64,000 nucleotides of DNA, taken from the NCBI GenBank assembly GCA_963807965.1, contig CAWEDU010000009.1, positions 35,577 to 99,576 of the forward strand, in the 5' to 3' direction. This DNA is from an uncultured Thermoplasmatales archaeon. Its GTDB lineage: Archaea; Thermoplasmatota; Penumbrarchaeia; Penumbrarchaeales; Penumbrarchaeaceae. The notes beneath the pieces are model-generated. The model was given only the letters and a program-made list of their open reading frames with translations, was not told the DNA's origin and did not search any database. How positions within the stretch are numbered: the stretch's first letter is position 1; each line of letters opens with the position of its first letter. Made by a program: the position numbers and the translations under genes. Of this stretch, positions 32,121-41,661 are shown in pieces.

Positions 32121-35100
32121 TCATTCCTCCTCCCACTGCATTATCTCATCATCATCAGGCTGTCTTCTACCCGCAATGAGAAATCCCGATATCAGGATGA
32201 TCATGATCAACAGAGCAGCGAATAACGAGATTCTCAGATAGTTGTCCCCCTTATCATTGCCTTTGGAAATTTCCGGAATAAGGATCGGGTCTGACTCCCG
32301 CATTGGACTCTCACCTATCTCGTTTTCAGCTGAAATTCGGTATACGATAGATTCTCCGGGCTCGCAATAGAGATCAACAAAGGAGGTTAACCTACCATCT
32401 ACAACCGCGATCTTCTGAAGGGAAAGATCATGATCCGACCTGTACACATTGAACCACAACTTCCCCGACCCTTCATATTGGTGGGACCATTCGAGAACCA
32501 CCGAATCCCCAATTGATCTTGCAATTAATAGGTCTAGGGAGGGCGGTATCTCATCAGGTACTTCCTTGTACCTCTTCACCTGGTTCCGATTTACCGGCAT
32601 TGTTGATTGCCAATATCCTGTAGCAATAATCGATACCCGGTTGAACGCTGTTGTCAATGTAATTCGTCATATTGGCATCGACATTTCTCAGGTTACCAAA
32701 AATCCCATCAAGTTCTCTCCGCTGAATGGAATACCAGGTGAGATCCAATCCTCCATCGAATACGGGATGTGACCATGAAAGCATCAATCCAACACCGCTG
32801 GGAATGATTTCCAATGATACTGGGCTGTCGGGATTTGAGAGGGGAAAGGCTGAAAGATTGATGCTAGGCTGTGATGTGCCGTATTCACCCAATGCCAGCA
32901 ACCGGTAGGTATAGATCGTTTTCCTGGAAACATTCAGGTCTTCGTAGGACCTCCAAGACTGATCAAGGTCTATAGATATCTTTGAACCATCATCCTCTGA
33001 GGTCCTCATCAACCTGTATCCCTTTATTGATCCAGATCCAAGGTCAACAGGGGCTCTCCATTCCAGTTTGATCATAGAAACTCCGGGATTGATGGTGAAA
33101 TTCCTCGGAGTAGAGGGGATCCCTAAAACCTGACAAAAAACAACATCGGACCTTCCAGATTCCCCCATATCATTCACTGCGGATAAGTAGTAAATATGAA
33201 CTACATTTTCCTGAAGATCCTGGTGCCTGAATGATGTGACATCACCCGGCAATGTTGACAATAAAACGGCTGTCTTTAAGGATGTCCCGTGGAACAATCT
33301 GTATTGTTTAATCCCTGAACCCCCATCATCTGAAGGGGCCATCCATTCAATATCTATGAAACCGATCCCTCCTTCTGCATTCAGGGCAACGGGTGGACCT
33401 GGTATTGTCTGCTGAACGACTGTGACGGGAAGGGTCAGTTCGGATTCCCCGAGATCGTTAAAAGCTGATATAGAGTAGTAATATTCAACACCCTTCCAAA
33501 TATTCGAATCATGGAATAGAAGATCCTCCGCTTCCGAGGACGCATACAGGTCCATTGATCTTTCATCCAACCCCCTGTAGATGAAATATTTCATAATATC
33601 TAGACCTCCGAAGCATTCAGGTTCCTCCCACATGAGGAGAACTTCATCTTCGACTATCCTGGCATATGGATTTCTTGGAGCAGAAGGGGAGTCCTTTGAA
33701 ACTGCAGTGATCATATCCGAAAGATCTGACTCGCCGTTGAAGTTCCATGAAGTCAGGTAGTAATCGGTACTGAGTTCCCTGTTCGATATCCATGTCCTGA
33801 TATTGTCTCTCATCCGAAGATAGATTGGCGATCAATCTTCCATCTCGGTAAAGAGAGAATCCAGTAATGATTGTTCCGCCATCGAAGGATGGAGGATCGA
33901 AGAAAACGGATATCTCCCTCAATGCTATTTCCGCTCTTATACACTCTGGTGGATCCGGAATTGTTGTTGAGACATTGCTGACGGTCCTACTTGCGGACCC
34001 CTCACCAAGTTTATTCAGTGATCTAACAAGATAATTATATTCGATTCCGTAATCCACCTCGTTGTCGACGAATGAAGTATTGGTAATATTGAAATTCGAC
34101 AGTTCCCATGATACCCTGTCCAGCGACCTGTATATGTTGTAGCTGATCTCACAGTATCCACCGTCATCGACCGGAGGCTTCCATTCAAGGGAAATATTCC
34201 CATCATTGCCTCTGCAGAGAAGTTCTACAGGTTCACTCGGAAGGGTCTGCATGGTGACTACGGTAAGGAACATCCCCCCAGTGCCATTGTATGATGTATT
34301 AAAGGACCCTTTTGTTATCGGAAATTCCGGTGATCCGGTTAGCCCAAGTATTGTCATATTGTTTTTATCAGTAAGAACGCTGGAATAAGCCCATTCAACA
34401 TCGGATCCGCCAAGATAGGATGAATACCTGAGATCCGAACAATTGTTGTCGAACTTGCAGATGAAAACATCGGATTCCCCGCTAAAAAAGCTGCTGACCG
34501 CTCCGTTGGATACAGGAAGGTCGGGGGAAATAGTCTCTCCGTAGAGATAGACATTTCCGGCTTGGTCAAGATGCACCCTTTTCGCGGTTTCATTATAGGA
34601 ACCTCCGATAAGAGTCGACCATTCGATGGATGATCCGTTCCAGAGCATCTTTGCAGAAAAGGCATCCCGCCATCCAGAGAAGCTGGAGCAGTATCCCCCG
34701 TTTCTTAAAGGGAACAGGGCATTGGTTCCCCACATTTCCCAGGTATACCCGCAGTAGATTATATTGGAATCCTTGTCAAGCAGAAGATCCTCAACCTTGC
34801 ATTCTCCAACAAGGCTTGAAAAGATTGTCAACCTTGAAATCGGATCATAGCGGAGAATGAAACCGTGGGAATTCAAGCCACCTTTGAAAAGCTGGAAGGA
34901 ATAGGGAGTAACTGGGAAATCGCTCGATTGAGTCCATCCTCCGATAACTACAGTGCCATCTTCATCTATCTCTAATGCATAGGGGACCTCACCGTAATAC
35001 CCATCCCAAACCATTGAGTCGATGAAACCGGTAGCATTTGGATCAAGGATTGAAAAATAGGCGATTCCATGAACACCTCCCAGGGGTCCATGAGCTCCAG

Positions 35101-36330
35101 GCAGATCATGAGAATGGGAATCGCCAACGAAATAGACACAACCGTTCTTTACCTCCATATCCCGTACAAATCTCCTCCATCACCACCGACGAATGTTGAA
35201 TAGAGCAGTTTATCACCGGATGCATTGAACTTTGAAATGAATATATCCGAATTAATGTTATAGTCCTCCTGGACCACTCCCGGTGTTGTTGGAAAATCGG
35301 GTCCGTATGTCTCACCGGAGACATAGATGTTCAGAGATTCATCGATGCGGATCCTTTTGACCATATCTCCATACCACCCTCCCAGAAACGTTGAGAAAAC
35401 AAGCCCTGTCCCAGAACTGTTCAATTTTGTTACGAAGATGTCTGACGCATTGTATTCTTGATCATACGCTCCAGTTGTATTCGGAAAATCCGGTGAGTTA
35501 GTATTTCCTGTTAAATAAGTGCAGTTAAATTCATCCTTTACCAAGTCACTGGGGTAACACCCCCGGCTGCTCCCTATCACAGAGGAGTATACGAGAGGAT
35601 CTATCGTAACGATCTCTCCTCTTTTCTTCTCGATCTCGAAACCGTAACTTGTTCCATTGATCCTCTTAAAACTCACAGGAAGGTTCAATGATCCAGTGGA
35701 ATAAGCTATAAGGTGACCGTCGGTCATTGACAGATCATCCGAGATGAGCATATTCAGTTCAAGGTCTGTTATTGATAATCCTTCGATACCCTGAACATCC
35801 AGGTGAATATCCTCGGGATCTCCGTTCTCCCTTATCACAAGGTCGTATTTTAGCCCCTTTTTATTGAAGTAATATCTCACATCTATATCTGGCCAGACAT
35901 CCTTGAAGGTTACTTCTTTAAAACTCCTTGCTCCTGTGACCCAGCCATCAGGGTCGTCGCCGATGAAGTAATTGGATGGAAAATCCATTTCTGAAGATCC
36001 GAATGGATGGGATCCAAAGGATCCTTTGAAAGATACCCGTACCAGATGGAAGGCTTCCCTGAGGTCATAGGAAATTCCATCACTCTCAATATAAGCGAAT
36101 CCAAAATCTGTCCTGGAAGAAAAAAGTATCCTTTCATCCCATTGTCCCTTATTTTCCGTGAAATAACCGGAAACCTCGAAATCTTCTATTTTATCAATGT
36201 AATTCTCCGATGAAAGTGGGAATATTTCAATTGCTTCTCCTGGAAAGAAAAGGAGTGGGGATATGATCATTGAAAAAATGCATATTATAGTCTTTGCTGA
36301 AAGTAGTAGCTTAAACGACACCATATTCAT
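32121..36330 (-). CDS. Giant surface protein B (~1400 aa), a paralog of A: signal peptide, ENxGQW N-domain, SBBP repeats, multiple FN3 domains and a C-terminal TM anchor. Split into 4 ORF fragments by at least 3 apparent frameshifts.
   Basis: ORFs 35149-36330, 33644-35158, 32554-33813 and 32121-32657 overlap pairwise in different frames. Domain patterns continue across the junctions, e.g. the FN3 …GTQY|YYLTSWNFNGESDLS. C-terminal TM ISLFAALLIMIILISGFLIAGRR. Confidence 0.6.
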
Positions 36331-36542
36331 CCATCCATCTTTAGTATTAAGTCAAAACAAGACCGTAAGTATATTAATGAGATTGGAGGTCTTTTTTATT
36401 TTTATATAACCTCATTTGTACGGTTTTTGCATGATGAATCCAAGGAAAGGGTCACTACTTTCCTTATACGCCAACTATCAATCTGATAGTCAATTCGATT
36501 TCACTGGAAAACAATTATTAATATGCATTTGATCCACATCTC

Positions 36543-36926
36543 ATGGCTTTCGTCCATGTTTCAATCAGATCCTCTGATATGGAAAGGTCCTTGGAGTTCT
36601 ATACAAATCTTTTAGGAATGGTCCTCCACAGGAAAAAAGAGATACCTCAAAACAGAGCTGAGGTGGCTTTCTTGAAAGACCCCGGTGGCGAATTTTCCCT
36701 GGAATTGACCCACTATGATGACCAGAAGGAATTCATCCAGGCTGATTATATGAATAGGACCTTTGACCACATCGCTTTCAGGGTTGAGGACCTGAATGCT
36801 CTTGTTGAAAGGATCAAGAAAGAAGGGTTTAATGTCACAGACGAACCCTTTGAACTATCACCTGGAAATTGGTTGGCATTTATTGAGGACCCGGATGGGA
36901 CATTGATCGAGTTGATCCAATCATGA
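36543..36926 (+). CDS. VOC (glyoxalase/bleomycin-resistance/dioxygenase) family protein
   Basis: 127-aa ORF with a paired βαβββ pattern (…VHVSIRSSDMERSLEFY…LGM…DHIAFRVEDLNALVERIKKEGF…). Confidence 0.7.
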   Translation: MAFVHVSIRSSDMERSLEFYTNLLGMVLHRKKEIPQNRAEVAFLKDPGGEFSLELTHYDDQKEFIQADYMNRTFDHIAFRVEDLNALVERIKKEGFNVTDEPFELSPGNWLAFIEDPDGTLIELIQS

Positions 36927-36960
36927 AGACATATTTTTATCAAGGTCCTTCAGTTTCTTT

Positions 36961-37641
36961 TCAATGGAATGTCACTATCGTGGATAATGTCTTTATCCTT
37001 GCATATTTCTTGGAATTCGCCTCCACCAATGTCCATGGAGCTCCTTTTGTATCGGTCCTGAATATCATCTCATTCGCACATTCCAGGTACCTATTCCATT
37101 TCCCTCTGTTCTTCCAATCATCCTCGGTTATCTTCCATCTCTTATAGGGATTGTTCATTCTCTCGTTGAACCGGTTCAGCTGCTCTTGTTTGTCTATCTG
37201 AAGCCAAAATTTAACAATTACAGCACCGAAATCCAACCATTGCTCTTCCATTTCATTTATCTCCTTATAGGCCCTCTTCCATTCCTGTTCTGAACAGAGT
37301 CCCTCCACCCGCTCCACCAAAACTCTACCATACCAGGACCTGTCGAATATGTTTATTCTACCAGCCTGGGAAAGTTCCTTCCAGAACCTCCAAAGATAGT
37401 TATGTGAGAGCTCTTCATCTGTAGGGACACTAATAGGTATGACCTTGTAACCTCTTGGATCGAATTTTTGTACCAATCTACGAATATTCCCTCCCTTTCC
37501 CGCAGCATCAACACCGGAATAAACGATCATTACCGGGACTTTTCGCTTGAATACTTCAGTTTGAAGTTCCATCAACTTTCCCTGTAGGGCCTCTAATTTC
37601 TCCAAATATTCCTTCTTTCCGATATCTTTGGAAAGGTCCAT
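36961..37641 (-). CDS. ppk2: Polyphosphate kinase 2 (PPK2) family protein, canonical Walker A.
   Basis: 226-aa ORF with …VMIVYSGVDAAGKGGNIRRL…, lid-module-like WRFWKE…FDRSWY and a basic C-terminal region. Confidence 0.8.
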   Translation of the reverse strand: MDLSKDIGKKEYLEKLEALQGKLMELQTEVFKRKVPVMIVYSGVDAAGKGGNIRRLVQKFDPRGYKVIPISVPTDEELSHNYLWRFWKELSQAGRINIFDRSWYGRVLVERVEGLCSEQEWKRAYKEINEMEEQWLDFGAVIVKFWLQIDKQEQLNRFNERMNNPYKRWKITEDDWKNRGKWNRYLECANEMIFRTDTKGAPWTLVEANSKKYARIKTLSTIVTFH

Positions 37642-37654
37642 TTTACTTATGATG

Positions 37655-38434
37655 TTAGGGTACTTTCCCTTTGAGTTTTACTTGTCTTTCGAATCCTGGA
37701 AGACCATCAGCTTTGTTTGATAATATCTCTGTTCTTCTTCTCTCCATTATTGAGGTCACTGTCTTGAATATTTCAAGGCTTGTCATATCAGGGTCTACTG
37801 CAGGAAGTGGTTTCCAGGGTGCCCATTTAGTGGAGGTCCTCTCCAACATCTTCTCGTAGAGTTTTCTGTATTCATCATAATGTTTGTGTCTTTCCCAGTG
37901 ATCTGGAAGATATCTATAGGGACTTAATGGTTCTTTCTCCAGCTTCCTTAACCTCCTCTCCTGTTCATCACTGGAGAGGTGAAGAAAGAACTTGATGATC
38001 AATGTCCCATCATCACTGAGCTGTCTTTCAAATGAGTTCATATGAAAAAGGAGCTTTTCGAGTTCGTCTTCCGAGATATCCCCATTTACCCTATCCTCGA
38101 TGGCACCTGTATACCAGGACCTGTCGAAGATAGATATATTTCCTCTCTTTGGAGTTTTGATCCAGAACCTCCAGAGGTACGGTCTAAGTGCTTCTTCATG
38201 TGTGGGGGCCCTGATCGGATAGGTCATGTAGTTCCTTGGATCCATGGCCATCAGCATACTGTTAATGCTGGATGACTTACCTGATACGTCCCAACCCTCG
38301 AAGACCATCATAATTGGTATGCCCATTTCTTTTGTCTGTCTGTGAAGGACTCCCAGTTTCAAAGAGAGATCATTGATCCTTTCATTGAATTGAGGTATCG
38401 TCTTACCTTTGAAATCGTCTAGTTCTTCCAGCAT
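37655..38434 (-). CDS. PPK2-family protein with a degenerate Walker A (GKSS). Could be the N-terminal half of a two-domain PPK2 together with the downstream gene.
   Basis: 259-aa ORF with …IMMVFEGWDVSGKSSSI…YLWRFW…FDRSWY…. Only 13 nt separate it from the downstream PPK2 gene, but the two are in different frames, each with its own stop. Confidence 0.7.
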   Translation of the reverse strand: MLEELDDFKGKTIPQFNERINDLSLKLGVLHRQTKEMGIPIMMVFEGWDVSGKSSSINSMLMAMDPRNYMTYPIRAPTHEEALRPYLWRFWIKTPKRGNISIFDRSWYTGAIEDRVNGDISEDELEKLLFHMNSFERQLSDDGTLIIKFFLHLSSDEQERRLRKLEKEPLSPYRYLPDHWERHKHYDEYRKLYEKMLERTSTKWAPWKPLPAVDPDMTSLEIFKTVTSIMERRRTEILSNKADGLPGFERQVKLKGKVP

Positions 38435-38493
38435 TGTCTCAGCAGTGCATTGTCCTTATTGTGGATAATACTAACTCTACAAAGATTTGGTTG

Positions 38494-39958
38494 TTATCGC
38501 TTCTTCGTTGATTTCCGATTGTACAAGATGATTATTCCTAGGAAAATGGATACCATTGCAGAGATGGAGACGACGATCCAATATTCAGGTCCCCTCTCCT
38601 CAGAAACCTCGGTAATATCCATTTCATTCTCATTTCTAATATCCGGATCCGTTGTGAAAAGTAGGGGAAAGGGATCGATTGCACCACCTGTAAGTTCTTT
38701 CTCTCTGTCTACAACACCATCCATATCCGAATCGTTCCCCTGCCAGTCAGACCAATAATTTCCCTTTCCATCCTCGGACCATTCTGTTGTACCTGTTCCA
38801 TCCATTGCTTGATCGCCATTAATATTGTTGTTTTCGAAAATGTTTCTGAAAATACTATTTTGGCCCAAAGGGGATGATATGTGTTGAGTGGTTACTACCT
38901 TAACTGCCTCCTCGGTCGTATTGATGAAATAGTTATCCAGTACTTTGTTCCCAAGAGATGTATCTAGAACAAGACCGTTCTCGTTGGATTCGAATCTGTT
39001 TCCTTCTATGAGGGATCCTGAGAGGATATGTCCAACAAACCCGTATGAGTTCTTCCAGAAGAAAGATCCTTTGATACTAGCATCAGTTACATGGAGAAGG
39101 TTAACACCATATGAATTGTACCTGAATCTGGTATCTTCTACCCGGACCCTATCCATATTTGAAACCTGTATCCCATTGATATTCGAATCGCTGTAACAGT
39201 TAGATATTACAAGGTCCCTCCCTCGAATGGATCCGTCCAAGGACCCTATCACACTTATCCCTTCTCCATAATTGAGGGTACCAAAACATTCTTCCATAAT
39301 GATGTCCGAGCAATTGATTAATTTCTACCCCTGCTCCTAGACCTATCGTGAATGAATTTGCATCAGTTAGGACATCCTTCAAGACCAGGTGGTCAGAGTT
39401 ATTGATGAAGATCCCGTATCGGGTATTATAAGAGCAAATGCATCCTGTAATTGAAGAATTATCTGCCTCCATCATTATCCCATTGTGATTTTCGATGAAC
39501 GAGGAATCGTGGACACGGATGTTATCAGATCCGATGATCTCCAGACCTATGTTGAAGTAATAGATATAGGACCTCTCTATCCTAATATTTGAGCAATTCT
39601 TGATCCGTATTCCGGATTCCGTTACATTCAAAGGATCTCTGAGGTCCAGATAATGGGTCACGGCGACCTCATATATGAGGAGATGAGAGGTCACATTCTC
39701 AAGGACCACTCCTATTCCTGATGATACATTGATCCACCAACGGTATACAAGGAAGGGATCATCTTCTTGACCAGATCCCGAAACAATACCGTTTTCAGTG
39801 GTAAGGTCTTCCTCACCGTTAATGATTATTTGATCGAACTTGATGAAATCGGGATTGCCGTTATCCTCCTCTCCTTCAACAATTCCTGCAACCAAACTGG
39901 CCTGGATCATCATTACAATGATTAGGGAGATCTCAATTCTCATATTCTCACCTGTCAA
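38494..39958 (-). CDS. Right-handed parallel beta-helix (NosD/pectin-lyase-fold-like) membrane-anchored protein, ~487 aa. Apparent frameshift near 39200-39297.
   Basis: N-terminal fragment has a signal peptide (MRIEISLIIVMMIQASLVAG) and repetitive N.S.I.GN-type beta-helix turns. The C-terminal fragment continues the repeats and ends with TM VVSISAMVSIFLGIIILYNRKSTKKR. Confidence 0.55.
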
Positions 39959-40028
39959 GGTTGTTATAACTCTATTATTGGATTTGTGGTCGGACTATAT
40001 AATGAAGTTGGAACGAACTCAGACATGA

Positions 40029-40859
40029 TCAATGTATTAGTGATCTCAGGGCAGAATGAAGCAATACCTTCACAGAGGCTTCCCAGGATGATTGTGAATT
40101 ACGGTTCAAAGCAATCGTTATTGCTTGAGGATCGACCTCGAACTCAATGTCCTTGAAATCGACATCCATTAGGACAAGGCCGGTTGGGGGCATGGTCCTT
40201 ATCTTATCCTTCTCTGGTGCTGACTCACCTCTCAGAAGGATTCTCAGGGTCTCAATGTCCATCTGACCTTGGGAGACTCGTAAGGCAGCTCCAACCATCC
40301 TCCGAATTTGATTCCAGAGAAATCTTTCCCCAACAATATCTATTACTACCATCTCTCCATTGCCAGCGAGGTCAACAGCTTTTGCCCTCTGTATGTGGGT
40401 TTTTGGGTCCTTTCCATCCTCCAGTTTGCAAAAGTGTGTGAAATCATGGAAGCCCACGAATTCCATCACTGCGGAATCAAGACCTTTCATATCTTCAGAC
40501 CTAATTTCACCGGGTTTCAGATGATATCTGTACCACCGGGAATTTGCCCACCTGACATTTTGATGATCCCTGATTTTACCAGAAGCGATGCACCAAACCC
40601 CATCCATATTTGCATTCAATGCCCTCATAAGTTCAGATATCTCCATTTCGGTATCCAGAGCGATCACATTTCCCAATGCGGATACTCCGGCATCCGTCCT
40701 GGATGCGAACTCAATAGGCCACTCGCCATCCTTATATTCACCAATGGTCCTGAGAGCATTCACTATAGCCCCATCAACTGATAGGATATCATCTTCCGCT
40801 TGCCTCTGGGACCCGTGAAACCTTGAACCATCATACCCGATCTTGAGAGCATACCTCAT
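40029..40859 (-). CDS. truA: tRNA pseudouridine(38-40) synthase TruA
   Basis: 276-aa ORF with MRYALKIGYDGSRFHGSQRQ… and the catalytic-Asp region …RTDAGVSALGNVIALD…. Confidence 0.85.
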   Translation of the reverse strand: MRYALKIGYDGSRFHGSQRQAEDDILSVDGAIVNALRTIGEYKDGEWPIEFASRTDAGVSALGNVIALDTEMEISELMRALNANMDGVWCIASGKIRDHQNVRWANSRWYRYHLKPGEIRSEDMKGLDSAVMEFVGFHDFTHFCKLEDGKDPKTHIQRAKAVDLAGNGEMVVIDIVGERFLWNQIRRMVGAALRVSQGQMDIETLRILLRGESAPEKDKIRTMPPTGLVLMDVDFKDIEFEVDPQAITIALNRNSQSSWEASVKVLLHSALRSLIH

Positions 40860-40917
40860 GTTACCCGAATGGAGGTGAAACAGATATACCTTTATACGTT
40901 TCAGGAGGGCGGGTGGT

Positions 40918-41661
40918 GTGAAACTGGATCGTATGTCGAGGTTTGTTCCAATAATTGTGGAACCAAAATACGAGGGAAATGTAGGGTCAATAGCACGACT
41001 CTGCAGGAACTTCGGTATTGAGGAACTGATCCTTGTAAATCCACCAGAATTCGGTGATCAAGCCATTGCCTATTCAATGCATGGTAGGAACATTCTCGAA
41101 AGTGCCACTATCATATCTTCCTTCCACGAAGCCATAGAACTTGTGGATACAATTATTGGAACTTCAGGGATATCCAATTCAACGGAGAAGAACTATCACA
41201 GGAATCCGATCCTTCCTGGAGAGCTTGTGAGATGGACTAAAATGACATCAGGCAGAATAGGACTCGCATTCGGTAGAGAGGATTTTGGTTTAATGAACGA
41301 AGAACTGGATATCTGTGACCAGTTGGTGACCATCCCAGCAAATCCAGATTACCCGATCCTAAACCTCTCACACTCGGTTGGGATCATCCTTTATGAGCTC
41401 TTCAAAGATGAGGGGCTGCAAGGCGGGAGAAACGCAAGGACGATCAACGGGACAGAGAAAAAGACTTTATTGGAACATTATGACAGATTAATGGAAATAT
41501 CCCATGTTCCAGATCATAAAAAACCCATAGCAAGGACGAATTTCAGGAGAATGATCTCCAGATCCTCAATCAACTATAGAGAGTTCAATTCACTTATGGG
41601 AACTTTCTCCCGGGCGATGGATTACAAGAGAAAAAGTGTCATCGACCGGAAACAACATTGA
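40918..41661 (+). CDS. SpoU/TrmH-family RNA 2'-O-methyltransferase (TrmJ-like)
   Basis: 247-aa ORF with SPOUT motifs (…IVEPKYEGNVGSIARLCRNFGIEEL…IGLAFGREDFGLMNEEL…LNLSHSVGIILYEL…). Confidence 0.75.
   Translation: MKLDRMSRFVPIIVEPKYEGNVGSIARLCRNFGIEELILVNPPEFGDQAIAYSMHGRNILESATIISSFHEAIELVDTIIGTSGISNSTEKNYHRNPILPGELVRWTKMTSGRIGLAFGREDFGLMNEELDICDQLVTIPANPDYPILNLSHSVGIILYELFKDEGLQGGRNARTINGTEKKTLLEHYDRLMEISHVPDHKKPIARTNFRRMISRSSINYREFNSLMGTFSRAMDYKRKSVIDRKQH

Noticed and set aside
40308-40781. 157-aa plus-strand ORF.
   Set aside because: Antisense to truA.
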